A stretch of DNA of 64,000 nt from Vicinamibacteria bacterium (GCA_963422395.1 OY729431.1:64001-128000); one strand, 5' to 3'; numbered from the stretch's first letter, positions 9,966-20,363 are shown. Made by a program: numbers and translations. Notes: generated by a model from the sequence alone, not told the origin.

Positions 9966-10307
9966 ATGAAAATGATCACCGCGATGATCCAGCCCGAAGT
10001 CCTTCCCATGGTGGAAGAAGAGCTCTTTTCCGCCCAGATCAAGAGGTTCTCGGTGACCGCTGCCGTCGGCCACGGGACGCGGAAGGGCTATACCGCGACT
10101 TTCGGCGGCGTGCAGATGCAGGTGGATGTGCTGAAGCACGCCCGGGTCGATGTCGCGGTGAACGAGGACTATGTGGATCGGGCGGTGGCCGCGATCCTTC
10201 GAGGCGCCCGGGTCAGCGGTGAGGGCGAGGGGAAGATCTTCATCACCGACCTCCACGACTGCATCCGCATCCGCACCGGCCAGCGCGGCGCACAGGCAGT
10301 CGGCTGA
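9966..10307 (+). CDS. glnK: PII-family nitrogen regulatory protein (GlnK-like, atypical residues)
   Basis: MKMITAMIQP..., GEGKIF, IRIRTG; lies directly after amtB. Confidence 0.88.
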   Translation: MKMITAMIQPEVLPMVEEELFSAQIKRFSVTAAVGHGTRKGYTATFGGVQMQVDVLKHARVDVAVNEDYVDRAVAAILRGARVSGEGEGKIFITDLHDCIRIRTGQRGAQAVG

Positions 10308-10318
10308 AGGCATTCCGG

Positions 10319-11734
<1,416 letters not shown>

Positions 11735-11821
11735 CAGCACGGCCGGGGCGTAAGTCGGGAGAGTTGGTACGATGAAAATCTCGTCGCCGATCCAGGAGAC
11801 GCCTTTCAGGGAGACGATCTG

Positions 11822-13075
11822 ATGACTCCAGGAACTATCGGGATCGCCATGGCCTTGGGAATGGCCGGGGTCCTCGCGCTCCTCGCCTTCATCAAGACCC
11901 ATGTCGTGGTCTGCGCACCGAACGAAGCGGTGATCTTTTCCGGTCGGAAGAAAGGGTTCCGCGTCATTCGCGGCGGCCGCGGGTTCCGCCGGCCCCTCAT
12001 CGAAACCGTCTCCCGAATCTCTCTGAACACGATTCCCATCGATGTGAAAGTCCAGAAGGCGCTCTCCGCCGGCATGATCTCGCTCGATGTCGAGGGCATC
12101 GCCACCGTCAAGATCTCGGGGAAGACCGGCAGCGGCCTCGAAAATGCGGTGGAGCGTTTCTTGGGGAAGAGCTCTCACGAGATCCAGACCGTCGCTCGGC
12201 AGACCCTGGAGGGAAGCCTGCGCGGCGTCCTCGCCACCCGGACCCCGGAAGACGCGAACGCCGGCCGCTTGGCGGTCTCCGAGGAGACTTCCGAGGCCGT
12301 CCGTGCCGACTTCGACCGCCTCGGGCTCGTGCTCGATACCTTCAAGATCCAGAACCTGTCCGACAGCGAGGGATACCTCGACGCCATCGGCCGCAAGCGG
12401 AGCGCCCTGGTGCAGCGGGACGCGAAGGTCGCCGAGGCGCGCGCCGAATCCGAGGCGCGGGATGTGGCGGCGACCTCCAAGCGAGACGCCGTAGTCGCCG
12501 AAACCAGTGCGGAAGGGGCGATCGTGGACGCCGAACACGGCGTGCGGATCCGCCGCGCCGAACGGTCCGCCGAAGCGAATCGTGCCGAGGAAATCGCCGA
12601 GATCGCAAGGGCCATCGCGCGCGCCGAGGAGGGGCGCCGTCTGGAGGAGATTCGTGGGGAGCGCAACAAATTGCGCGAGCTCGCGAACACCATCGTCCCC
12701 GCCGAAGCGGCCAGCAAGGCCAAGGCGCTCGCCGCCGAAGGCGATGCCGCCCGCATCCGGGAAAACGGCAAGGCGACCGCCGACGCCTTGGGTCGGATCA
12801 AGCAGCAGTGGACCGACGAAGAGACCCGGGAGATCATGCTGCTGCAGATGCTCCCGCAGATCCTCGACAAGGTCACCCGGGTTCTGCAAGAAAACCTCCA
12901 TGTCGAGCGCCTCACGGTGGTGGACACCGGAGACGGCGAGGGGCTGGGGAACCATGTGCGCGGTCTGACCGGCTCCATCGCCGCCTTCCTCGAAGAGCTG
13001 AAGACCTCGACCGGAGTCGATGTCCCCGCGCTGCTCTCGGGCGACCGGAAGAACAACCTGAAAACATCCGCCTGA
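11822..13075 (+). CDS. Flotillin/SPFH-domain membrane protein
   Basis: N-terminal TM, PNEAVIFSG, TLEGSLRGVL, GLVLDTFKIQNLSD..GYLDAIGR, coiled-coil tail. Confidence 0.9.
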   Translation: MTPGTIGIAMALGMAGVLALLAFIKTHVVVCAPNEAVIFSGRKKGFRVIRGGRGFRRPLIETVSRISLNTIPIDVKVQKALSAGMISLDVEGIATVKISGKTGSGLENAVERFLGKSSHEIQTVARQTLEGSLRGVLATRTPEDANAGRLAVSEETSEAVRADFDRLGLVLDTFKIQNLSDSEGYLDAIGRKRSALVQRDAKVAEARAESEARDVAATSKRDAVVAETSAEGAIVDAEHGVRIRRAERSAEANRAEEIAEIARAIARAEEGRRLEEIRGERNKLRELANTIVPAEAASKAKALAAEGDAARIRENGKATADALGRIKQQWTDEETREIMLLQMLPQILDKVTRVLQENLHVERLTVVDTGDGEGLGNHVRGLTGSIAAFLEELKTSTGVDVPALLSGDRKNNLKTSA

Positions 13076-13099
13076 AGCTCTGCGCCGCGAGGCGCGCCT

Positions 13100-13789
13100 T
13101 CAAGCGGCCGACGGTTTCGCGGCGGGCCGGTCCCGGGCGGATTCCAAAATGGATTCAAGGTCTTCGGGCTTCGTACAGACCGCCGAGGCCCACCTTCCGA
13201 ACCCCCGGTCCTGGTTGACGGCTTTCACCCATTCCCGGAGAGCGTCGTTCTTCTCTTTCGCCGCCTCGGTGACTCGGCCCTTGATCTCGAGGATCAGCGT
13301 GAGGCCGGTCTGGAACCGAACCAGGAAGTCGGGCCGGTACTTCCGCACGACACCGCGCCAGACATAGAAGATCTCGAACCCGAGATGGTCGTTCTTGACC
13401 CAGGCATCCACTCCCGAATGGGCATCGAGTGCTCGGGCCGCCTGCTCTTCCCAGCTGCTGTCGCAGACTGCAACAGCGATGTGGCTCTTCCGGGTCGGTC
13501 GGCAAGGGCGCAGGGTCTCCCAGACTCTCATGTCGGAAGTGGAGGAGATCGGGCGTTCGGAATCGAAGATCGGGATCGATCGGGTGGAGCTGTTGCGGCG
13601 GATCGCCTTCTTCAGGTGGAGGACCACCTCCCGACCGGCGGGTTGTTGAGCCGCGCGGCGCCGGGATGCCGATAGCTGTCGATCGACGGCCGCGGTTTCT
13701 TCATCGCCGGCGCTCTGGCCGGGAGCCTTCTTCCCGCGATTCCGGCCGGCGCCCGACCGCAACCGGCAGCACTTCCACCATTTTTCCAA
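13100..13789 (-). pseudogene. C-terminal endonuclease fragment of a type III restriction enzyme Res subunit; no helicase domain or Mod gene
   Basis: KSHI..AVCDSSWE, WVKNDHLGFEI, YRPDFLVR, ILEIKG, WVKAVN..GFGRW; upstream part of the ORF looks non-homologous. Confidence 0.7.
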
Positions 13790-13819
13790 TACCTTCTTTT
13801 TCCAACCCGCCTCGGGGGC

Positions 13820-14479
13820 TCAGCCCTCCCGGAGGAGGCGGCAGGCGCGGGTGGTGTTGAAGACCCCGCAGGAACAGAAACGGGCCATCGCCTCGGCACA
13901 GTCTTCGGGCGAGCGCCGCCCGGTGCGCACCCGGTCCAGCATCTTGCGAGCGAAGCCGAAGGACAGCATCCCGTGGCCGCACATCGTGGAGAGCGACAGG
14001 GCGGCGCGGTCGGGAAGCCGGTCGAGGTTTCCGAAGAACCCGAGGGAGTACTCGACGCTGTGCCGGACGATGCCGGCGCGGCGGGCGAGCTCGGCGGCGC
14101 GCTCGGTCAGGCCGCTCACATTGACGGAGATGCCGAGGTCGGCTTCCCGGAGATCGGCGAGGAACGCGATCAGCGGCTCTTCGGCGTCGAAGACCGCCGA
14201 GACCACCGTCGGAGCCCGGATCCCCTGCCGGACCGCCTCCCCCCGGAGGCGCTTGCGCCGCCGCCAGTGGGCGAGCGGATTCAGCCGCGAAGCACGGAAG
14301 ATCCCTCCCCGGGTGGCGTCGCCGAGGTTGACGGGTCGGTGCCGGAGGGCGATTTCGGTGAACCGGCGCAGCTTCTCCACCGAGCCTTTCTCGTTGATAC
14401 CGCGCGCGGCCATCGCGAAGACGATGTAGTCGTCGGCGAGCGTTTCCGGCGCACCGTAGCGATGGAGGGTGTTCGTCAT
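13820..14479 (-). CDS. Conserved hypothetical Cys-containing protein
   Basis: MTNTLHRYG start; STMCGHG and FCSCGVFN motifs; normal codon usage. Confidence 0.7.
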   Translation of the reverse strand: MTNTLHRYGAPETLADDYIVFAMAARGINEKGSVEKLRRFTEIALRHRPVNLGDATRGGIFRASRLNPLAHWRRRKRLRGEAVRQGIRAPTVVSAVFDAEEPLIAFLADLREADLGISVNVSGLTERAAELARRAGIVRHSVEYSLGFFGNLDRLPDRAALSLSTMCGHGMLSFGFARKMLDRVRTGRRSPEDCAEAMARFCSCGVFNTTRACRLLREG

Positions 14480-14699
14480 GCGTCTTCGCCACTCGTTTGC
14501 GTCATGCACCTTCCGGGGGCTGGGGCAGCTCGCGGACGGCCAGCATCTCGCCGCCGGTCACGGTGATGATAAGGACCGCGATGCGGCCGGCGTAAAGGCG
14601 CGGAATTCCGCAGCCGAGTGCCGGTCCCGGTATCCCCGCGGGAGGCACCGAGGGGACGCGGACCGCCAACGGGACGAAAAGGAACGATAGAGTGGGGGA

Positions 14700-15143
14700 G
14701 TGACCCCGGAACTCATCGCTATCCTCGCGGTAGGGGTCGGGCTCGCGGGCCTGCTCATCAGCGGCCAGCGCTCGGCCGCAGGAGACCGCCAGGCCATCCG
14801 AGAGGAGCTTCGCTCCGGTTTCCAGGCCGCCGCAGGAGACCGCCAGGCCATCCGAGAGGAGCTTCGCTCCGGTTTCCAGGCCGCCGCAGGAGACCGCCAG
14901 GCCATCCGAGAGGAGCTTCGCTCCGATTTCCAGGCCGCCGCAGGAGACCGCCAGGCCATCCGAGAGGAGCTTCGCTCCGGTTTCCAGGCCGCCGCCGAAG
15001 ACCGCCAGGCCATCCGGCAGGAACTCGCCGCGATTCAGGCCGATCTCCACACTCTGGGGGAACGCATCGCCCGGCTCGAAGGGGCTTTCCCGTTCCTCGC
15101 CGCCCGGTCGGCTCCGCCGGACAGTCAGCAGCGCCCCACCTGA
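14700..15143 (+). CDS. Small membrane-anchored coiled-coil protein with 18-aa tandem repeats
   Basis: N-terminal TM ELIAILAVGVGLAGLLI; repeats of GDRQAIREELRSGFQAAA; ends ERIARLEG. Confidence 0.75.
   Translation: MTPELIAILAVGVGLAGLLISGQRSAAGDRQAIREELRSGFQAAAGDRQAIREELRSGFQAAAGDRQAIREELRSDFQAAAGDRQAIREELRSGFQAAAEDRQAIRQELAAIQADLHTLGERIARLEGAFPFLAARSAPPDSQQRPT
14781..15026. repeat. 54-bp tandem repeat, four near-identical copies plus a partial fifth
   Basis: Unit GGAGACCGCCAGGCCATCCGAGAGGAGCTTCGCTCCGGTTTCCAGGCCGCCGCA at 14781, 14835, 14889 and 14943; degenerate at 14997. Confidence 0.95.
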
Positions 15144-15260
15144 TCGGACCCCATACCGGCGAACCGCACCAGAAGCCGCCCCTTCCCGGAATCGTCCCCG
15201 GGCGGGCGCCCACCAAGCGCCGCAGCAGCGCCCGGCGGGCCCCATAGAATCTTCCGAACG

Positions 15261-16646
15261 ATGGGCCTCCGCAGCTGGATTTCGGTTCCTGTTCCGCCGC
15301 CGGGGGACACCGAGGGGCCGACAGATGGCCTGACGGGCGGTTGGCCGGCGCACCGCGACCCCCCGGGAGGCCGGCCCTGGAGGCTCTTCCTGAGCGCCGA
15401 TGGGCGCGCCGCTGCCGGGAATGTGCCCGCGGCGGTCGCGCCGCCCGCGATGGAGGACCTGCCGCTCGACCTCGAAGAGCTCGGCCCCTTGCCCGAAGAC
15501 GCCGCGGTTCTAGTGCTCGAGGACTTCCATCGGGCGTTCCCCTGCCGCGCGCCGCTGCCGGGGAGGCGTGCCGGCGGGCCGCCGCCGGTCCCCGCACTCG
15601 CCACCCCCGCGTATGTGCTCGCTCGCCTGACCCGCCTCGGCGCCGGCGAGCGGGAACTGATCGCCTCCGCACGAGAAGACGAATTGGTGCTGCGGGCGTC
15701 CGACCTGCTCGCCGGACGCGGGGCCGCCTGCCAGCTCGAAGTGCGTCGGGAGCCCTCGCCGCCCGCCGCGGCGGCGGCGGTCTCGGGGCCCGGGCCGGCG
15801 GCCCTCGCGCAAGCGGCCGATGCGGCGGCCCTGCGGCGGATCGCAATCCACGCGCCCGAGGCGGCGGTGCGGGCTCGAGCGGCCGAAGCCGCGGCCGCGG
15901 CCGACGACGCGAACGCCGTCGGCCAGCTGCTCGCCGGGTGTTCGCTCGTCGAGCGAAAGCGGCCGGCGGAAGCAGCAGACGCCTTCCGCCGCGCCCTCGA
16001 ACGAGACCCGGAGTTCGCCGCCGCGCATTTCGAACTCGGCAAGACGATGATCGTGCTCGACGACCTGGAGGCGGCGCTGGCGTCCTTTCGCCGCACCAGC
16101 GAAACCCTCCCGGAGTTCGCCCCCGGCTGGGCGAATGCGGGGGCGGCGCTCGGCGAACTCGAGCGTCCCGGGGAAGCGCTCCCCGACCTGGAACAGGCCG
16201 CCGGCCTCGACCCGCTCAGCCACTCGCTGGCCTCGAACCTCGGCGTCACCCTCCGGGACCTGGGGCGGCTCGAGGAAGCGGAGACCGCCTTCCGGCGGGC
16301 GCTGGAATTGGCGCCCGACTTCGTGTTCGGTCACTACAACCTGGCGAACGCGGTCTATCTGCGAGGCCGCCACCGGGAAGCGGTGGAGCTCTTCGAGAAG
16401 GCGCGCTCCTTGGACCCGTCGGGGTCCGCCCGCCAGCATCTCCTGCTGGCTGCCGCTCGGCTCGCCGCCGGGGACGAGCTCGGCGCGTTTCGGGACTACC
16501 GCGCGGTCTTCGAGGGGCTCGAGGGGCAGATGCGGCTCGACATGCGGACCGTCGCGCAGTGGGACCTGCGGCGCCTCGCCGAGCGCACCGGAATCAGCCC
16601 GGCGCTCCGCCGCACCGCTGCCTTCCTCCGCACGCTGCGGGCCTGA
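15261..16646 (+). CDS. Tetratricopeptide-repeat protein (start may be 15450)
   Basis: Several TPRs (AAAHFELG, GWANAGAAL, ASNLGVTLRDLGR, GHYNLANAVY). Confidence 0.8.
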   Translation: MGLRSWISVPVPPPGDTEGPTDGLTGGWPAHRDPPGGRPWRLFLSADGRAAAGNVPAAVAPPAMEDLPLDLEELGPLPEDAAVLVLEDFHRAFPCRAPLPGRRAGGPPPVPALATPAYVLARLTRLGAGERELIASAREDELVLRASDLLAGRGAACQLEVRREPSPPAAAAAVSGPGPAALAQAADAAALRRIAIHAPEAAVRARAAEAAAAADDANAVGQLLAGCSLVERKRPAEAADAFRRALERDPEFAAAHFELGKTMIVLDDLEAALASFRRTSETLPEFAPGWANAGAALGELERPGEALPDLEQAAGLDPLSHSLASNLGVTLRDLGRLEEAETAFRRALELAPDFVFGHYNLANAVYLRGRHREAVELFEKARSLDPSGSARQHLLLAAARLAAGDELGAFRDYRAVFEGLEGQMRLDMRTVAQWDLRRLAERTGISPALRRTAAFLRTLRA

Positions 16647-16649
16647 TTC

Positions 16650-16713
16650 CCGTTCGACTTCCCTCCGTTCGGCTTCCCTCCCATTTGACTTCCTATCGGC
16701 CAGTCCGTATAAG
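16650..16713 (+). promoter_or_regulatory. Sigma70-type promoter (TTGACT-17 bp-TATAAG) with three ~15-bp direct repeats running into the -35 box
   Basis: -35 at 16685-16690, -10 at 16708-16713; repeats CCGTTCGACTTCCCT, CCGTTCGGCTTCCCT and CCATTTGACTTCCT. Confidence 0.6.
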
Positions 16714-16783
16714 GACGAGCTCCGCTGTCGATGCTCCGACCGGGCACTCGGCGGCCACTCCCGGAGCCACGGAGATCCTCCCG

Positions 16784-18304
16784 ATGCAATCCCCGACCAA
16801 ATCCTTTTCCGCCCCACCGAAGCAAAACCCCGAAGGGTTCGGAGTTCGCCCGCTCCTCGCCGGCGCCGCCGCGCTCCTGCTGCTCGCCGGACTCGCTCCT
16901 GCACAAGAAGAAACCGCACGAGAAGAACAGGAGGCAGCGGCGAAGCCCACGGAGGGCAAGACCCATCCGCTGCTCCCCGCGCACGATGTGCTGAACGAGT
17001 TCGGGGTCATCAGCTCGAGCGGCCACGACGACGGCGGCTGGAATCTGCCCCCGGAACTGCGGGTCCCGGAGCAGTACCAGTACCGGCGGCGCGATCAGCA
17101 GCTGAAGGAAGTGGATCTCACCGGCAACCAATTGCCTCCGGTATTGACCGAGATGCGGGTGCTCAGCAAGGAAGTGGCGCCCGGCGGTGAAGTGCGCGCT
17201 ATCGCCCGGGTGGTGTCCCCGTACAACAAGGCGCAGTCGTTCGTGTCGCTGTTCTACAACCGAGAGCTCGGGCGGGCAGCCACCATGTATGTGAACTTCA
17301 AGCCGAACGAGAAGGACGACACCCTCTTCCTCGGCCGCGGCAAGCTTTCGCGCTTCGCCGCCCCGGGGCGATATGTGGTCGGCACCACGATCATCGCCGA
17401 CGAGGTGGGCGACCGAAAGGCCTACTGGGCAGACTTCCATGAGCCGATGCAGGAGGAGGACGGCCAGCCGATCGGGTTCCTGGTGAGCCAAGGGGACAGC
17501 GTGGACATCACCGCGCCGGTGCTCCAGTCGGTCGAGATCCAGACCGAACGGGTGCGCGCCGGAGGCGGACTGATCCAGTACAGCGTGCTGGCCGAGGACG
17601 ATGTGTCGGGGCCGACCGAGGCGGAGACCGTGTGGGTGTCTCCGAGCGGCTACCACCAGATCCGCTCCACCATGGTCATGGTCGGCGGTCAGCCGGGGCT
17701 CTTCCGGGGCGCGCTCCAGATCCCCCAGTGGTACGAAGGCGGCGAGTGGCAGCTGATGCGGGTGTCGCTCAAGGACAACGCGACGAACATCCGTTACTAC
17801 TTCAACCGCACCGAGCCGCTGATGGAGGGCGCCACCGTCCAGGTGGAACAGGAGGAAGAAATGGTGGATCAGACGGCGGCGAGAGTTCTCGCGGTCCAGT
17901 TCACCAAGAACGAGGCCAAGCTGGGCGAACAGGTGGGGATCACCGTGCTCGCCGAGGACGACCTGTCCGGCGTCCACGGCATCGAGGGGTACGTCCGGTC
18001 GCCGAACGGCGCCGACGCGGTGAAGGTGAAGCTCAAGAGCATGACCCCCGAGATGGGCGGCTATGTGGCGCTGAACCGACCCTCGAAGCTGCCGGAGCCC
18101 CACATCTGGACCGGCTCCTTCACCGTGACCGACACGATGGAGTGGGGCGAGTGGGAGCTGGTGCGGCTCGGCATCTCCGACGCCGCGCGGAATTTCTACA
18201 CCTATTACGAGGGCCGGGACCCCGAGATCGACGGGATCCGGGTCCGGTTCTACGATGAAGACACCGAGACCGCCGAAGAAGGCGGCGAGGAGGGTCCACG
18301 ATGA
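16784..18304 (+). CDS. Secreted protein with three tandem Ig-like beta-sandwich repeats
   Basis: Signal peptide LLAGAAALLLLAGLAPA; recurring DxTA(P/A).V, AEDDxSG, GEWxLxRxxxxDxAxN motifs. Confidence 0.75.
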   Translation: MQSPTKSFSAPPKQNPEGFGVRPLLAGAAALLLLAGLAPAQEETAREEQEAAAKPTEGKTHPLLPAHDVLNEFGVISSSGHDDGGWNLPPELRVPEQYQYRRRDQQLKEVDLTGNQLPPVLTEMRVLSKEVAPGGEVRAIARVVSPYNKAQSFVSLFYNRELGRAATMYVNFKPNEKDDTLFLGRGKLSRFAAPGRYVVGTTIIADEVGDRKAYWADFHEPMQEEDGQPIGFLVSQGDSVDITAPVLQSVEIQTERVRAGGGLIQYSVLAEDDVSGPTEAETVWVSPSGYHQIRSTMVMVGGQPGLFRGALQIPQWYEGGEWQLMRVSLKDNATNIRYYFNRTEPLMEGATVQVEQEEEMVDQTAARVLAVQFTKNEAKLGEQVGITVLAEDDLSGVHGIEGYVRSPNGADAVKVKLKSMTPEMGGYVALNRPSKLPEPHIWTGSFTVTDTMEWGEWELVRLGISDAARNFYTYYEGRDPEIDGIRVRFYDEDTETAEEGGEEGPR

Positions 18305-19653
18305 AGGCCAACACCCCCCCGGGCCGGTTGGACCGGCGCGATTTCTTCAAATTGGGCGCTGCAGCGAGCGCCGGGGCGGTGCTTTCCACCCGGAACGCCG
18401 CCGGGAGCCCGATCTTCGAGGCGGGCGCCGGGATCCCGCAGGGCGGAATGATCCTGCCGGAGAACCCCGGCTTCCAGACGAAGCACCTGGTGACGGTCAT
18501 CCTGGGCAATGGCGCCCGGAAGATCGATGTCATCGACAACCCGGAGCACTCGCCCTTCCAGACGAAGATGGCGGCCGAAGGCACCGTCTTCACCGAGGAC
18601 TACGGCGAGACCGCGAACCTCCACGGCTACATGTACACCGAGGTGCTGAGTGGACGCGACGCTCCGGCGCAGCGGCCCCGCTATCCCACCTGGGCCGAGT
18701 ACATCCGCAAGAAGGCGGGCGGCAGGGCGACCGACTTCTGGACCCTGCAGAGTGCGTCCTACTACCGCGCCTGGACCTGGGATGTGAAGCATTTCAGCCA
18801 GCATCCCGAGTACGGGGTGCAGCACGGCTCCACGAGCCTCACGATGAACCGGATCTTCTATCCGGAACAGCAGCTCGATGCGGCGCAGATCGTGGATCTC
18901 AATGTGGAGAAGGGCCTGGGACACACCCCCGGGGAACGCAAACAGGTCGAGGACTTCATCGCCGGAGTGCTCGAGCGGAAGTCCTACACGCCGCCCTCGA
19001 CGCGGGAGCCGGTCATCGACCGGGAGATTCCGTACGGGGACGCGCAGGTGCTCACTCTGGTGCCCCAAATCCTCAAGGAGTTCAAGCCGCGGTCCATCAC
19101 AGCGCAGATCCTCGCTCTCGACGACGCGCACGCCGACTTCGGGTTCTGGGACTACAACACGGACTACTGGGAGTACATCAAGCACATCAAGACCACCGAT
19201 GAGCTGATCGGCAATCTCTGGAGCGAGATCCAGTCCGATCCGTATCTCCGGGACACCACCGCGCTGGTGATCCGCCCCGAGTGCGGCCGCGACGACGAAG
19301 TGAACATCTACGGGCAGCTGGGCCACAGTCCGGGCAATTACTACGCCCACTATGTATGGCTCATGGCGCTCGGCCCCGACTTCAAGAAGGGACACACCGT
19401 GACCGAGCGGGTGCAGCGGCGGGATGTGGTTCCGACGCTGACCTACCTCATGTCCGGGGAGAACGCCGAGTACGCCACCGGCCATGTCCGGACCCAGATG
19501 TTCCGAGACGAGTACCAGCTGCCTCCATACATCCTCCCGCCCACCGCCGAGGTGAAGGAACCAGCAGTGGATTGGGAGAAAATCGTCGAAGAGCGCCGGA
19601 CCGCCGAGAAGATCAAAGAGTTCGCACGTTCCACGGTGGGCTACGGCGGCTGA
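18301..19653 (+). CDS. Tat-exported alkaline-phosphatase-superfamily-like protein with altered metal ligands
   Basis: RRDFFK Tat motif; LVTVILGNGAR, LDDAH, TTALVIRPECGRD, MALGPDF, RDVVPTL; ATGA-coupled to the upstream gene. Confidence 0.7.
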   Translation: MKANTPPGRLDRRDFFKLGAAASAGAVLSTRNAAGSPIFEAGAGIPQGGMILPENPGFQTKHLVTVILGNGARKIDVIDNPEHSPFQTKMAAEGTVFTEDYGETANLHGYMYTEVLSGRDAPAQRPRYPTWAEYIRKKAGGRATDFWTLQSASYYRAWTWDVKHFSQHPEYGVQHGSTSLTMNRIFYPEQQLDAAQIVDLNVEKGLGHTPGERKQVEDFIAGVLERKSYTPPSTREPVIDREIPYGDAQVLTLVPQILKEFKPRSITAQILALDDAHADFGFWDYNTDYWEYIKHIKTTDELIGNLWSEIQSDPYLRDTTALVIRPECGRDDEVNIYGQLGHSPGNYYAHYVWLMALGPDFKKGHTVTERVQRRDVVPTLTYLMSGENAEYATGHVRTQMFRDEYQLPPYILPPTAEVKEPAVDWEKIVEERRTAEKIKEFARSTVGYGG

Positions 19654-19700
19654 CCCGGAGCCTCACGATTCCTGACCGATCACCAAGGAGATCATCGAAA

Positions 19701-19982
19701 ATGGACGACTTGAACCGTCGCGCTTTCCTCAAGAGTGCCGGATTGGCTTTCGCCGGAGTGGTGGGCGCCGCATCCTTCGCCGCTGCCCGCCAGCAGGAGG
19801 AGGAAGAAGAGGCCCGGAAGGACGAAGAGGAGAAGGAGGAGGAGCTGGACTACGACGCGCTGTTCAGCGAGGACTCCGGGGGAGATGAGGACACCCGGGC
19901 CTGCCCGCAGTGCGGCGCCCTCATGTATCGGCAGGGCCGGACCTGGACCTGCGAGAACTGCGGCTACAGCTATGTGGAGTAG
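19701..19982 (+). CDS. Small Tat-signal protein with acidic linker and C-terminal Zn-ribbon (CPQC...CENC)
   Basis: AAGGAG RBS; NRRAFLK; poly-Glu stretch; RACPQCGALMYRQGRTWTCENCGY. Confidence 0.75.
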   Translation: MDDLNRRAFLKSAGLAFAGVVGAASFAAARQQEEEEEARKDEEEKEEELDYDALFSEDSGGDEDTRACPQCGALMYRQGRTWTCENCGYSYVE

Positions 19983-20062
19983 TGCCCGGCGGCGCTGAGG
20001 TCTGAAGGTTCTCCGAGTCGGCGGCGCTGCGGACCCCGCAGTCTTGGCCGCCGGCCGGTTCG

Positions 20063-20102
20063 CCGTCCCGCGGCTCGGTGTTCGGCCGCGGGGCGGTTTT
20101 TT
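20063..20102 (+). terminator. Rho-independent terminator closing the 16.8-20 kb operon
   Basis: Stem CCGTCCCGCGGC/GCCGCGGGGCGG followed by T6. Confidence 0.7.
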
Positions 20103-20363
20103 CGTGTGCGCGCCCGTCGGACCGGGTGCTGCAGGCCGAGCCCGTAGGTCAGACGGACACCGAGTGCTTCCTGAATCGTCCTCTCTCCCTGCTCTTCGTG
20201 AGAGGATTCGCGGAGCCCTCGAATCCTGGCCCTACGACGGCGACTCCGATCCAGAAATGCGCCGGGCGATCCGGAAGCAGCCCCCCCGCTCCTCTGATGA
20301 CGAACCCCGAATACCGCCAGGAGAGACTGAGGAATGCCCGCCGACTACCCAGTCGAAGGCGCT

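Noticed and set aside
14781-15026. Tandem repeats as a CRISPR array
   Set aside because: Units are contiguous with no unique spacers, stay in frame within a protein, and there are no cas genes
20290-20345. CTGATGA...GAA as a hammerhead ribozyme, or GGAGAGAC as a glycine riboswitch
   Set aside because: Required stems and the remaining conserved nucleotides are not present
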